A DNA stretch of 64,000 bases from assembly GCA_964187785.1 (NCBI GenBank), contig OZ076409.1:15502001-15566000 (forward strand), given 5' to 3'. The notes under the pieces were generated by a model that was not told the origin of the DNA, ran no database searches, and was given only the letters and a program-made list of their open reading frames with translations. The position numbers and the translations under genes were made by a program. Origin of the DNA: Amphiscolops sp. MND2022 (taxonomy: Eukaryota). Shown piece after piece: positions 39,601 to 46,795 of the stretch; positions within the stretch are counted from its first letter, which is position 1, and every line of letters begins with the position of its first letter.

Positions 39601-42600
39601 GAGACACTATTTGTATAGCTCAATTTGGTAGAAAATCCTGGCGGGAATCGAACCCTGCGTTGTTCGGCTTCTCTAGCCAACCCTTTTCTGTGAAATTTCC
39701 TCTAGCCAGCTTTACAAAATTTATAGAAAGTGACAGCTGGAGAACAAAAACTTGTCACAGTAAGAGTCGTATTCATATGCCACGCAAAATTTTTATAAAA
39801 TTTGTTTCATTTGTGTTTATACAAAGATCTCTGTCTCTGACTATAATCAATTTTTATTTCCAATTTTTGGTTTTCGGGATGTGATCTGTTTTAGGGGAAT
39901 CTGGTGTCGGGAAATCTGCTATCGTGCAAGATCTTCTGGGAAAGATCAGCCAGACATCTGGACTGGCCACCCATGGAGGAACTGTTTTGGGGAGAGTTCT
40001 CAATTATTCCGAGAGGGACACTGACGTGCTCGACAACGTCAGCCATTTACTGGCTATGAGCGATTCCAGAGACAAAGGTTGGATTGAATCTAATCAGAAT
40101 GAAACTGTTATCCTCCAAGGAACAAAAGTTAAAAGTAACGAATGTTATATAGTCGAACTCGGATAAAAGAAACATTCGGATATAAGAAACGCTTTCACTC
40201 CTCCGATTTTATGCAAGTCAAACTCTCTACGTTACTAGGACAACTGATAAAAAAACTATGGATAAAAGAAACCCTTTTCTCACCGCCCAATGAGTTTCTT
40301 TTATCCGAGTTTGACTGTATTCATATCCTTGTTGAGAAAAAAATGTCAAGATCCTCACATTTAATACATCCTTTGAAAGATCTTGCAAGTAAATTTACAC
40401 CTTGCAAGAATCTTACACGGAGATGTGATCCTTGTGAGATCTTCCAAGAAAACAACTTCCAAGGAAACAACAACAAGTTTTTTGCAAGGAAAGCATTGCT
40501 AGCAAAGATCTTGCAAGGATCCCATTTGAGCAATGATCAAGTTTCTTTCAAGGAATTCAGGGAAAATTGCATTATCTTGCAAGACCTTGCAAGATTCTTG
40601 GAAGGAAAGCAAATTCTCTCAACCAGAGTTGTGAACTGTATAATCTTGGATGGTTGGAGGGAGATTGATGGAATTAAATGTTTCAAAAATCATTCTTGTG
40701 GTTAATTAGGGAGTTTTCTTTTTTTTTTCAGAAAAGACGCGACGTGAGTATGAGTAACTGCATGATATGTATGAAGCTTTGTTTGGGTGATATCATTCAT
40801 AATGTGTAGGTTTGATCAAATCATAGAGTTTTCTTTCCATAGAAAAGATATCAGACGGATTACCTTTTCCTACAAATTCCCAATGTAAAAACTTCCTTTG
40901 TTTTGCTACAGGAGGTACAATAGAGAGCACTACGGACGAAACTGCGATGCTGTCCACAGCTGCTAAGGAAGGTCTTCGAGGCACTGTGATTCCGACCATC
41001 ATTCAGTTTTCTGCCCAAACCCACCCCCACAAAGTTCAATCTCAGCTGATTTTCAAGCTGATCAAACGAGGCAAAGACGGACTGACAGCCCCGAAAGGTG
41101 AGCCAAGTTGTACAATTCAAGTTGATCTCGCTCGTTTTTGATGTTCAATTGATCACAAATTAATTAATTACTCTTCAGTTGAAGTGAAACCTCGAGAAAC
41201 GCCTCTTCTGTAGTACACTAAAAGTCTGGAATGATCACATCTCGAAAAGGAAAATAATGAACTGCATGTAATTTATTTTAAATCAACACAAACATTAGTC
41301 GGAATTGGTTGTCTAATAATATAACATTGTTACCAACCACCAGGGAAGTTTTTCATGTATGATTGAAAGTAAAAGGAAATGTCAGTGATCAAACAAGTAC
41401 AGTTTTTCAAGCCTGTACTTTTCTTGAATTGAACTTTCCTCCTGAAAAAAAAAGATTTTGAGAGTCATAAATTCCAAGTTGATATAGGGTCCTGAAAATA
41501 TTGAGTAATTTTGAGGTATACTTTGTTGTTCGTTGGTTGTACTAATCACGGCAATTTATTTTGAAGCGTGCGTCAATACTGTTCTAGGTAAACGAGTTGT
41601 TGCTTTTATCGACGACCTCAACATGCCGTTCCCAGAACAATTTGGCTCACAGCCACCTCTGGAATTGATCCGGCAAATGCTGGAAACAAATGGGTTCTAT
41701 CTTTTCTCCAAGTTACAATGGAAGAACATCCACGACCTGTCTGTAATTTCTGCCTGTGCTCCCCCTGGCGGAGGCCGTCAGAAAATGAGTCCCAGACTTC
41801 TGAGCCAGTTCCGGTTGCTGGCATTGCCTCACCCTTCCGAGTTCTCATTGCGACATGTCTTCACAGTCCGACTCGGGCACTTCCTGGAGTCACGTGACTT
41901 TCTCAATGACGTCAAAGAGCAGCGGGAGGCTCTGGTTAATGCTTCAATTGGCATATACCATTCCATGAGCAAGACTATGCTTCCTACCCCTACCAAGATT
42001 CACTACACCTTCAATTTGAGAGATTTGGCTCAAGTAAGTTCTACGCCGAAACCTAAAAAATCCGTCTTCAAAGGTTCGCGTATGTTCTCAATTTGATGCG
42101 AAGCATGGTAAAGAACATGTACTTAATCGAAGTTACTTGAATTCTTTTGCAATGAAATTTGTCAACAAACGCACCCCTTGTAAAATATGCTGGAACTTTG
42201 AACGATTGTTGATTGACTGCCGGATACCGGTACAGAACCGCACTAAACTGAAATTCAACCAAAATGGGGCAACCGGAAAATTCAAATAACGTGTCGATGA
42301 AAATAGCTATTTTTGGTTTTTCTCTGCACAGTTTGTACTCACGGAAAAAGTTGAAGAGGGTTACTGTTAGCAAAATCAGTTTTTTTAAAAAATCAGAATT
42401 TTTCGAAACTGATGATCTGTACATGAAACTGCAATATAAGACATCGCATTCATTGTAGGAAAAATGGTTTCCTTCAGGAGTTTCCAGTCTTTAATAAGCA
42501 ATTCAACAGATCTATTAGATATTTATATGATATCTATAAAAAAATATCAGATACCACGTGGGTAATAAATGAATTCATTACATTGGTTGTCACTCATTAC

Positions 42601-45600
42601 ATCTTTACTCAAATGACTCAAATTTTTCATTTTAGGCAATCGGAAACTGATTGACTTCGTGTTTGAAAATGACTAGTTTTCATCAGTTATATTATGATTA
42701 CTTTTGTCAGTTCTCTCCATCACCCTGCAGAACGACATTGCTTCCGCCCGTGATGCAATTAATCCCGCGTTCGTGTCATTTTGAGCTCTTATCTCTGGTA
42801 GTCATGATCATTTTGCAGTCTTGGGCCAGTAAAGTCGGGCATCAGATGTGCGGAAGCGGCTAGATCTTATATGTAGTCAATGGACACGAGCTCCAATTTT
42901 TTCAAGATTTTCGATTTGTTTTCTCCCTTTCTCGTGTTTTACCTCGTTTGAGGCTATTTTCTTAAACTGCTAACTGTGAAGAAGATAACGTTACACGACG
43001 CCAATTCAAGTGGACTCGTGTACTATCTTTTATATACGATATTTAACATTATCAGCAAAAATTTTCCAATTACTTGAGTTTGTTTCGCTTCTTCACCTAC
43101 TCAAGTGTTTGCTTGCCACAAACTACATTGGTAGTAGAAGAAGTTTGAGTTATAGGAATAAAGGCTGTCTTAAAGGATTCGGCCACGTGGTGTCCAGGAA
43201 TTGACTTAGCTTTTTCCTACCTGACCTTACTGTTTGAGGAACATAGGAATTTGATTTATGAAAAAAGTTAAAAATCTTTCAGACACGACTCATTTTCTTT
43301 TTGATTGTTTTGAGGCTTCCATTAGACGGGCTTTTGCCTCTGAAAGTCTCTTCTGCTCAATGTGTATATTGTAAGTTGTTCGTTGTTTTGTTTGTAACAT
43401 TCAACAGATAAATTTTATTATTTTTATTATATTCTTCCTATGATTATTATGATGATTCATTTCAGTCTATTCTGATATATTCACAAAAATGCTCCGTTAA
43501 CTAATCATTAATCAACATTTATTTTCACGAACTTCGACTAGTATGGGGGAAAGAAAACGTTCGAAATGTTGTTATCGATGTTGCATTTGGTAATCATTGT
43601 CCTATCCGATAGTCTACTCCAGGTAATAACGGGACTGTTCCAAGCGGATGACACTGTGGTCATATCCAGGGAGTCGGCGGCTGGTCTTCTTGCCCACGAG
43701 TCCATCCGAGTGTTCCACGACAGACTCATCGACGACGACGATCGGAGACATTTCTTCAAGATCTTGGCCGAACAACTGCACAACCATTTCAAGGTACCTA
43801 ACGACGAGTTGAATACTCCCTACAGCTTTGAGCCATTCATTATTAAATCTTGTTGATCATTAAAACTCGCAAGAAAAGGTTGACCAACGTTTGAACATTA
43901 GTTATAACTAGCAAGTCACCCTTTCCAAAGAACATGTAAAAGAAGTGTATCGATGCAATCACAAAAGGAGTATCGGAAACGGAATCTTTCACACCATTGG
44001 CTTTTTAAGCTCTGGTCTTGATTCGACCTCTGAAAACAGCAGTTTGAAAATCAAAACCAGACTTGGCAATCAGTCCTCCTTTTATGGTTGTGTTTCGTAA
44101 CAATAAAATTAAAATTCGAATTATTCATTTTCACACATAAAGAGTCTTAAGGAAGTTTTAGGCCTTTACAATCGAGTCTTATTCTTTTTTGAAGCCTTTT
44201 CCGTAACCGTTACAATTTTGATTGAATGAAAAATCCTAATCTTTTCGAGTCCAATGACGTCATTTCTCGTTGTCCAATAAAATTCAATTGCGGAAATGAC
44301 GTCAATAGGAGAGACAAGGTATTATTATTCAGCATTATATTATGATGATGAGGGTGATTCCCTTTTGAGTATGTTTCCACGTGCAAACTGTTCATTCAAA
44401 CCAGTGGTAATGTTTCACATTTTCAGATCAAACTCACAGTGGAGTCCCTGGAAAAATCACCCTTGCTCTATGGAGACTTCTTGGACCTGAATGCACCTTC
44501 AAATGCGAGAATCTACCGGCCCATGCAGAACATCGGCCAGATTGCGTCTATTCTGGAAGAGTTTCACTTACGCAACAGTTTCGGCAGTTCTGCAGGAGGA
44601 GCCAAAGACATGAGTTTCTTCAAGGACTCTGTTGTTCACATCTGTCGGTCGGCCAGAGTATTCCGCCAACAAGGTATCATTCTTTTTAGGAGTCGGGAAA
44701 TTTTTTCGACCACCTATGCAATCATACCTTTTTTCTCTTAACCTTTCAATGAAAATTTCAAATTTCTCAAAAACTGTCCATACGATTTTTGTTATTTCTG
44801 CGATAGCAGGAATTTTATTGAAATCTCAAGATGTCTACTTTTTTTCAGTAAAATTTTTGTCGTGATACTGAATAATTCAGATATTTTGCTCGGCAGTGAG
44901 TATAAGCGTGAGATTTAAATTTCTCAAGCTACCTACAACAATTCGTTTCTCGTGCGATGCAACGAGCGAGTGGTAATTATGCATTCGTACGCTGACGTCA
45001 TTGAGATGAAGTGAGCGAATGTTCGTAATTATGCTTTCGTACGTCGAGTTATTGAGATGAAGCGAATGAGTGTCAATTATTCGTTCGCCGAGAGCTTCGC
45101 CTGCATTCAAATGCGAATGCGAAACTTTGTCGACGCTTAATAATTGTATTTGCTTTAGTCCGAGATTTAAAGGCGGTATAAACTGGTACAGTGATTAATT
45201 GTGCGCTAACTAATGATTAAATAGGAGTGTATTGGTATTCCAGATATGATTCATGATATTATTAATGAAAGATTAAAGCAGAAACAATTGTGTGCCCACA
45301 GGGGCCTATTTCCATAAAATTTTTCGCACTCATTCTACACCCAAAGATGTTCCTGCGTGAACAATGGTATCAAAATCGTATGACTGGGATCTGAGAAACA
45401 TGGCCAAAATTTGTCCGAAAATGAAAAAATGACAGTAAAGTAGTTTATTTGTTTTTCAATTTTTTAATTCGTTTCCGATTCCTTTACCGCACATGCGGCT
45501 CTGGTTGCGATTTTAGATGATTGAAAAAGATTCAACCAAAAATTGAAATCGAGTTTCTGAGAGGGCACATATATATATATATATTTTTTTTCGAAGTTTT

Positions 45601-46389
45601 TCAAACCAAGAATTCCTTGGAGCCCTTTGTAGCTTTTTTTCAACTAAATTGACGGATTTACAGAAAGTTTTCATTTCAGTTCAGAAAGATGATTCTTTTT
45701 CTTAATTCGCCTGAACGGGAATCGAATAATTTATGTAAGTGAGTTTGAACTATTACTCCCATCATTTCTAATATTTTGTCCAGATGAAAAAGGATAAGCG
45801 AACCGTTTCCTATTTTTTACGATTGAAGTCTCCTTTTTCCACCAATTTTCAATGTTTTTTTTTATTTTTGAAGGTGGTCATCTGCTGCTCGTGGGACTTG
45901 ACGGAACTGGGAAAAGGACAACGGTGCAATTGGCTGCGAAAATTGCGCAGTGTGAACTGTACACTCTAACAATAACAAGGAATTATGGAGTCGCTGAGTT
46001 CAGAGAAGAACTGAAGACTATCTTCAAGCTCTGTGGGGGCTCCGAAAGTAGACCGATTGTGTTCCTTGTCGCTGATAATGATTTGATCATGGTAACGATA
46101 TTTTCGATAGCAATAACTTCAAATTTCGATAGCAATTTCCTCAGATTTCCAATTTTACCGTTCATCCGTTACTTTCTGTTGCCAAAGTGACTCATTAGAC
46201 GTTACTGTGACATTGTGTGACATTTAGGAGGATTTCTTGGAAGATATCAACTCTATTCTCAACAGCGGAGAAGTGCCCGAACTCTTCGATAAGGAAGAAA
46301 TTGATGGAATCTGCATCGACATCAAAAGTTTAGCAATGGAAAAACAGATTCCTGATACGGAGACAGCTTTGTACAACTTTTTCTTGGAG
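312..46389 (+). CDS. Axonemal dynein heavy chain (DNAH14/DNAH6-like), partial; 30 exons in window, gene extends beyond both ends
   Basis: GT-AG exons join in one continuous frame (phases checked for all 30). P-loops GPAGTGKT (AAA1), GPTAGGKT (AAA2), GESGVGKS (AAA3), GLDGTGK (AAA4); motifs [47 protein letters not shown]. The AAA4 loop GLDGTGK suggests DNAH14-type (inference). Confidence 0.95.
1158..1504 (+). CDS. dynein heavy chain exon (tail)
   Basis: ttctag/gttagc; [10 protein letters not shown]...DDYAI. Confidence 0.8.
2266..2562 (+). CDS. dynein heavy chain exon
   Basis: tttcag/gtaact; QFDQFCEMV...SVVR. Confidence 0.85.
2764..2982 (+). CDS. dynein heavy chain exon
   Basis: tttcag/gtactt; [11 protein letters not shown]. 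Confidence 0.85.
3362..3645 (+). CDS. dynein heavy chain exon
   Basis: ttttag/gtgagt; [10 protein letters not shown]...YQERF. Confidence 0.85.
3658..4164 (-). repeat. 3' LTR
   Basis: Near-identical to 15342-15848; preceded by a short G-rich tract GGGGTGAGT (weak PPT). Confidence 0.95.
4364..5935 (-). CDS. Orphan ORF4 of the LTR element, coiled-coil C-terminal half
   Basis: Intact 523-aa ORF between env and 3' LTR, same strand as gag-pol; heptad-rich segment; no family recognised. Confidence 0.75.
   Translation of the reverse strand: MSDAIDLFEPEGFIPDDLRPSNVTFRSRKTKRVKPCFQKHHNQANKRLASTDPEPNWPRKATKFGNNVNFDPNRLSKRLGDGKIKGPSCVSMRLDDGLPKEKNWFPSLKERLEIQKSREKNVDTDDPKFIKFLKYGIRKDHNEWFLATPKTGIEIVNKKLNCSIVIPPDNCPAIKVTLPKDMNQWRLKDRLPEERKYVVYNHQLDSMIKAPFGVITAFPDDPNPLFNDNTSTISSSDSTSSFREVSADNPHIPSNTRSTGNATTQTGNEEWIDTPDTNLTAALWKTEFAIAEFEQQNRSLNIELANLKNALCSANRSRAMAKESANRAEFKLEISERVTSDLFDENKELKSQIEEATSKAESLQSELLESNKTNILLKEKLDAFDVANKRFKEILDKKDTKLKDQTEIDKLVKQLQTMRVEIDIQRAEAIQLIQAVDAKQYEKLEKCLHALLTHADHWDWQQYEKYSIFNVKRGNVKTRLSTVYYPIAYNFDKDPEWKNKCTRLPWPINSSKCQLEGIIESPL
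6377..8446 (-). CDS. env: Envelope glycoprotein, class III fusogen (chuvirus G / herpes gB type)
   Basis: N-terminal signal peptide, Cys-rich ectodomain with YDC...SLNKVADC...C...CGMFSH and KLDY...QCELER motifs resembling Jingchuvirales G, C-terminal hydrophobic helices. Confidence 0.8.
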   Translation of the reverse strand: MFYFILFLFPFSCASDDFDNVSKNLFVSHYDCTKMQDNRMYSLNKVADCKITPENLYVTPATITLYQKNYRTDLAATMCSVKARVFRYNCGMFSHSSYVHTQNSITYDLIATPEMCRQASKTNKIKISSFSENFDAPIEFDTKKQSNFNDGQSVRTTIHCSSGQVQHYTFETFMQRVNLTFDYGTKEVSNPNKQKLPCLLMEGGCETTTLDPFAYTWDTPENCVMTKILTQEAKMLKYPLSTNRNENQFFLISEYNETGKGMNLKIKVFPESYELCGKPERLFKTNFESLFVTYQGGFAMPGGELRTKEHAFNAYQFSIDNSSQVSYSSLSFSKSNGQWIGAQPWHTVGADEIDYELHLGTKLDYIMYFNAKQLRHSEMTLLQSQCELERTQMLTILMLAMQNTRLAGYMLTGNRSMFLDTDGSVAWLYHCPKFLSPLKVLDKCYDRIPIMFERSTKFVDPITRQTYDFASEIPCLGDYTNVFQLDLENDNSWYQLLPEPMPFNKPLLFKPTELGHITQFPTFDTRRAGMYTPNQMKNFWDNVIHNSASDTLLKKLTRTILTRGNSVRISEPGNLERLLSLNDRLLLDHLLTPSFFVDKFKETFGELGYIIQCLGNFFACFLLVKFVIDVVVIVLRGLEIRKVSGATFGFVRTMLGATFNLFVLSLQTETIRLRLVLLLMKDKELTQMY
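8558..12217 (-). CDS. pol: Pol RT-RNase H-integrase
   Basis: YIDD RT motif, HVDSS...ELCG...DHKPL RNase H, H-x4-H...CLIC integrase Zn finger, HIDH...YDRG...NGKVE DDE core, GPY module. Confidence 0.95.
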   Translation of the reverse strand: MYELRKQRPSKVPLHYRDRLEILLNELQRAGIIREMGNDVEMGSLFTNPIIILPKGDTVKLVIDARYLNSTTDLTNYSWPLEPVQMLLTRLDGVYYTTSDLASAYNQVPLTEDTKKLTSFIVGGKQYMFERGFYGLCGLPNFFSRIMTIHFAEMIAKKQVITYIDDVILQAKTKQEMWNNLDSYFKCLRSSGLKAAPNKTKLFLRKVQFLGHIVSDKGIQPVAKKVQDLKNLKSPENKRDVMRILGNLGFYSTFIKNLHVDSKPFYELLRDDTPFKWTKEHENLFQDIKNRISEETILAVPNPKYPFHIHVDSSSIGTGSILIQDFPSGKRIVSFNSRVFTKDEQKMSTLHRELCGTISALQTYEHFIIGSRHPIKVFCDHKPLLYLWARKGRLSHRFFRYQVIITQFTNLQIIWTPGKNLAFPDLLSRNVSLKDLNGHQLLHKEIPKDIKFFSQSGHEVQYLIDHNSPAESANDDFYPIVCTHLGETKKLHLKNDGTDLICTVYDPNSPKALFDVSDSFREGKDINIRRKWQTPPMVVEAEVQENHYSEIDSETDNSDNEASDEDLLLNTEVVNASKEDVPFILSIFTIQDSQQPLKLVTDNLDLNNILANQQDDPVLSTVKSWIIKGKVPSKDVESRQCKGLLGYSNQFEKLFIDEETHLVCKTSKHSSRQICLPRNCFIEAFNVAHDHRLSGHPGCEKTLLSLKRFFYWPGMYKWVRTLTKSCLICRKNKQVRKDQNTAPNEKWGEEIPYPFHTVHIDHKGPLNPMSDGKHHCLVVIDAFSRFIQVYPVKSTDASNTIEAMTSFITSFGIPQKLVYDRGTSFMSTDFSTFLLDLGITHAPRTKWSPWTNGKVEIQNKHLSRYFRCYLSEAGNNWAKLAPQFAFAHNTSVNASTGTTPYEVVFGFKPQIPISLKLGLVRDDNDLCQSEFCQSLPDHSHLNKDTKHSCIDSLLTSKCSLDLLHRETQFKNIYRKVYTKVRKANHRSLPYRNKYKLAKPLRVGQKVLLENHQVPFGKSQKLCELRSGPYTVTKVITKVNYEVALDSDPTRIHVVHRNHLVEFFPRNNDLPTLLSNYEKPVNDDRTEHFYNEYAKNRLSELNKPIETLAERQHVQEYLPIFPDTPGPSRMNTTYSSPAKCGSAHSTPTFLASSPDSGIPQSSPQTPISFQGESPAITSQPTTPSPLPRNIPSTSTAAAPRSRNTGTLRNIPREWYGKPYF
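12145..13485 (-). CDS. Aspartic protease region of Pol (entered by -1 frameshift)
   Basis: LIDTGATCS active site, ILGMDFL motif. Confidence 0.9.
   Translation of the reverse strand: MQSFKLIKSPNQQSEESNETPHIPTAGTSGQHFYIELFQYAVGDKNKNNGLSTQFLIDTGATCSIINRETFTEINKIQPLVVTPLEKSPLAANGHAMPMKGKTIIQSAFDVEYSCVIEHTVYVSDSPEARMNILGMDFLANFGEFINLRNPMLILTVFPGKCVKLSPYLDKPFPYFSQVNSVELTQDITIAPYSTRVLSLIARDEDKHLFKQGTNFRLHQDILDTGIYTYHVYCSQDESKYPLMLNNPNPNSITIRKGILGYTLLDSVQETSQLMSVVDNVAFIEYLKTSESQWNKDLHVCSTEPYIYSLTEIDSRKQMAESAISQNELATDFSNEVESLQPKMPKTASDIKRKQLDDEFYAEFSPAERNFLEKFDFSESDINDRELQHLLRVLVENNDVFSKFTYDVGKITQAFHVQLKKNKCTNCENKGPQKSLCTTETDLKFF
13467..14570 (-). CDS. gag: Gag
   Basis: 367 aa; LRGPAAEWF motif, [18 protein letters not shown] zinc knuckle. 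Confidence 0.92.
   Translation of the reverse strand: MANTVAYPDLALEKFIGIDSSEDPTAFIRLLEKKISFSLGSRPTANENGQQTVYDDRRKELFGSVLRGPAAEWFDSLDAALAWEEMKTQFINRFTDGKMQYRFRIEAENLKRQPDENIKSYIHRIKTLVDKGWPTPSNANQEAITACENQRIGKYKDYFIRGLMPPGLKQKAHQAMIEDPNKSWDALQALIINKDMSLVVSAEMSGLQPSSSQTSTGTMDARFTNIEKTLNEITNMVKNHQINATYDPNNPKMKQDFTRFCNYCKKSGHTIKYCWTLKKKKENEEKPPPQPKETYAQNYPSRPKSPNNNTSQSDNRSNGQRGRSNSPYVSNGYRSRSNSYSGAVRFEAKPDKVNSLYDTLQSCNPLN
14871..15095. repeat. 113-bp tandem duplication in retroelement leader
   Basis: gtgcaatttaaggaacactcg... starts at 14871 and 14984. Confidence 0.9.
15325..15339 (-). promoter_or_regulatory. Primer binding site (TGGTGCGACCAGAGC), possibly tRNA-Gly
   Basis: TGG (complement of tRNA CCA) 2 nt inside the 5' LTR end; tRNA identity is only a guess from the ...CGCA-CCA ending. 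Confidence 0.75.
15342..15848 (-). repeat. 5' LTR
   Basis: Near-identical to 3658-4164; followed on the minus strand by the PBS. Confidence 0.95.
16929..17210 (+). mobile_element. Helentron-associated (HINE/DINE-1-like) family A copy containing a tRNA-derived segment
   Basis: Subterminal IR CACATGACGAAG/CTTCGTCATGTG, 3' hairpin GCGAAGC-acc-GCTTCGC, T-rich ends. Confidence 0.75.
17695..17921 (+). CDS. dynein heavy chain exon
   Basis: tttcag/gtcggt; ELTLRRMLW; phase 2 matches exon ending 3645. Confidence 0.85.
18177..18506 (+). mobile_element. HINE-like family B copy (degenerate)
   Basis: agtaggcgc start; ...agacgttcccgtcttgtt hairpin end. Confidence 0.55.
18545..18735 (+). CDS. dynein heavy chain exon
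   Basis: ttgcag/gtattg; [11 protein letters not shown]. Confidence 0.9.
19033..19234 (+). CDS. dynein heavy chain exon
   Basis: ttttag/gtttgt; [11 protein letters not shown]. Confidence 0.9.
19366..20347 (+). mobile_element. HINE family A copy interrupted by a MITE
   Basis: Same termini as 16929-17210; MITE 19613-20280 inserted. Confidence 0.75.
19613..20280. mobile_element. Tc1/mariner-type MITE
   Basis: TIR CAGTAGTGATATTATTAAAAG..., TA duplication on both sides. Confidence 0.88.
21087..21418 (+). CDS. dynein heavy chain exon (linker)
   Basis: tttcag/gtgcgt; [11 protein letters not shown]...DIQRQLP. Confidence 0.92.
21497..21601 (+). CDS. dynein heavy chain exon
   Basis: [25 protein letters not shown]. 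Confidence 0.92.
21677..21776 (+). CDS. dynein heavy chain exon
   Basis: PHLVKCF...MISAEG. Confidence 0.9.
21851..22035 (+). CDS. dynein heavy chain exon
   Basis: GAVESWL...PGQVVL. Confidence 0.9.
23330..23583 (+). CDS. dynein heavy chain exon
   Basis: [12 protein letters not shown]...FGW. Confidence 0.9.
23719..24165 (+). mobile_element. HINE-like family B copy
   Basis: ttttagtcggcgc start, gcgtcgactt end, GGTCCCCC internal repeats. Confidence 0.6.
24415..24599 (+). CDS. dynein heavy chain exon (AAA1 start)
   Basis: [19 protein letters not shown]. Confidence 0.93.
25257..25624 (+). CDS. dynein heavy chain exon (AAA1 P-loop)
   Basis: [37 protein letters not shown]. Confidence 0.95.
25636..26134 (+). 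mobile_element. HINE-like family B copy with internal 22-bp minisatellite
   Basis: AGTCGGCGC/GCGCCGACT IR plus GCCG-ttcc-CGGC hairpin. Confidence 0.65.
25837..25985. repeat. 22-bp tandem repeat (about 6.5 copies)
   Basis: TCGGATRTAASGTTTTCAAAGT, period 22. Confidence 0.9.
26384..26598 (+). CDS. dynein heavy chain exon
   Basis: VAMMVPDY...[18 protein letters not shown]. Confidence 0.93.
26636..27077 (+). mobile_element. HINE-like family B copy
   Basis: AGTCGGCGC...GCGCCGACT, AGACG-ttcc-CGTCT hairpin. Confidence 0.7.
27856..28249 (+). CDS. dynein heavy chain exon (AAA2 P-loop)
   Basis: [21 protein letters not shown]. Confidence 0.93.
28308..28632. mobile_element. MITE with ~50-bp imperfect TIRs
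   Basis: tatagaattttcataaacacttcggc... / ...gccgaagtatttatggaaattctata. Confidence 0.6.
28947..29459 (+). CDS. dynein heavy chain exon (AAA2)
   Basis: [39 protein letters not shown]. Confidence 0.93.
29871..30045. mobile_element. pogo/Tigger-like MITE (degenerate)
   Basis: TA-cagtcaactccggctaattcgtatc left end and degenerate inverted right end. Confidence 0.5.
30132..31601 (+). mobile_element. Solo LTR (1470 bp) containing a decayed gag-like 5' ORF
   Basis: TG...CA ends (TGTCGCAA / TCGCCACA), 5-bp TSD CTTTT at 30127-30131 and 31602-31606, TATA run near 30810, frameshifted [21 protein letters not shown] from 31012. Confidence 0.8.
31614..31812 (+). CDS. dynein heavy chain exon
   Basis: ttttag/gtaaga; FPPKGREFL... 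Confidence 0.85.
31976..32330. mobile_element. hAT-type MITE
   Basis: TIR CAGGGTTTTGACA / TGTCAAAACTCTG, 8-bp TSD cctgttgg/cctgttag. Confidence 0.85.
32502..32577 (+). CDS. dynein heavy chain small exon
   Basis: ctaacag/gtttgt; required to keep phase between neighbours. Confidence 0.75.
32869..33050. repeat. 182-bp spacer-less palindrome
   Basis: 91-bp arms centred at 32959/32960, one mismatch. Confidence 0.95.
32885..34255 (+). mobile_element. Decayed Tc1/mariner transposon
   Basis: TIR CAGTAGCG(T/A)TCTAAAA...TTGCAAC, TA TSD, broken transposase with [19 protein letters not shown] remnants. Confidence 0.88.
34431..34642 (+). CDS. dynein heavy chain exon
   Basis: [11 protein letters not shown]. 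Confidence 0.88.
34776..34907 (+). CDS. dynein heavy chain exon
   Basis: [14 protein letters not shown]...WDKLVP. Confidence 0.88.
35398..36020 (+). mobile_element. HINE-like family B copy
   Basis: Same termini; internal AAGGGTCCCCCC repeats. Confidence 0.7.
36053..36343 (-). pseudogene. hAT transposase C-terminal dimerisation domain remnant
   Basis: YW...[23 protein letters not shown]. Confidence 0.8.
36705..37305. mobile_element. Second copy of the 19613-20280 MITE family (ends clipped)
   Basis: ttattaaaagcaac.../...gttgcttttaataa, body similar to 19613-20280. Confidence 0.75.
37686..38202. mobile_element. Possible hAT-like MITE
   Basis: TAGTGAATTGAC / GTCAATTCACTG termini, repeated aatcgtgt motifs; TSD degenerate. 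Confidence 0.5.
38224..38343 (+). CDS. dynein heavy chain exon
   Basis: VPTVDSVRY...PVLLTG. Confidence 0.9.
39895..40077 (+). CDS. dynein heavy chain exon (AAA3 P-loop)
   Basis: GESGVGKS. Confidence 0.9.
40150..40317. mobile_element. pogo/Tigger-like MITE
   Basis: TIR tagtcgaactcggataaaagaaac / gtttcttttatccgagtttgactg, TA flanks. Confidence 0.8.
40912..41097 (+). CDS. dynein heavy chain exon
   Basis: QFSAQT...APKG. Confidence 0.9.
41588..42033 (+). CDS. dynein heavy chain exon (AAA3)
   Basis: [31 protein letters not shown]. Confidence 0.95.
43623..43793 (+). CDS. dynein heavy chain exon
   Basis: [11 protein letters not shown]. Confidence 0.92.
44427..44673 (+). CDS. dynein heavy chain exon
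   Basis: LLYGDF...[14 protein letters not shown]. Confidence 0.9.
45874..46091 (+). CDS. dynein heavy chain exon (AAA4 P-loop)
   Basis: [17 protein letters not shown] acceptor. Confidence 0.92.
46228..46389 (+). CDS. dynein heavy chain exon; last exon in window
   Basis: [18 protein letters not shown]; gtcagt donor opens an intron of >17.6 kb. Confidence 0.92.
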
Positions 46390-46448
46390 GTCAGTCAAAA
46401 TGTTTTGGATTGCAACAACTTTAGAGTACATCTTGAGTGAACGGTGCC

Positions 46449-46745
46449 TTTTTGCACATGACGAAGTCAATGTGCATTGCAGTCCAGCTAAGTAAGTTTT
46501 TTTCCGCTATAGTCAACTTCATAATGAGCGCCTTTTAGAAAAAAGCCAAAACCCCAGAGAGATTCGAACCTGCAGCCTCCCGATTGCACGGCATAAGTGT
46601 TGACCACTGTGACATAGGGACGTTTTTGAACACAGTTGAACTGTTGAATATATACGCATGCGATTGAATATATACGATTTTTCGGCATCTTTAAAGTAAT
46701 CGATGTCTTCGTCATGTGTTGCGAAGCACCGCTTCGCCTCTGTGT
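46449..46745 (+). mobile_element. HINE family A copy
   Basis: Same termini and body as 16929-17210. Confidence 0.75.
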
Positions 46746-46795
46746 ATTAAATTATCAAGTCTTCGGAAACGACGTAATTGTAGACTATTATTACC

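Noticed and set aside
40142..40705. 187-aa ORF after a dynein exon
   Set aside because: Runs through two adjacent MITE-like repeats (TCTTGCAAG-rich); not needed for the dynein frame.
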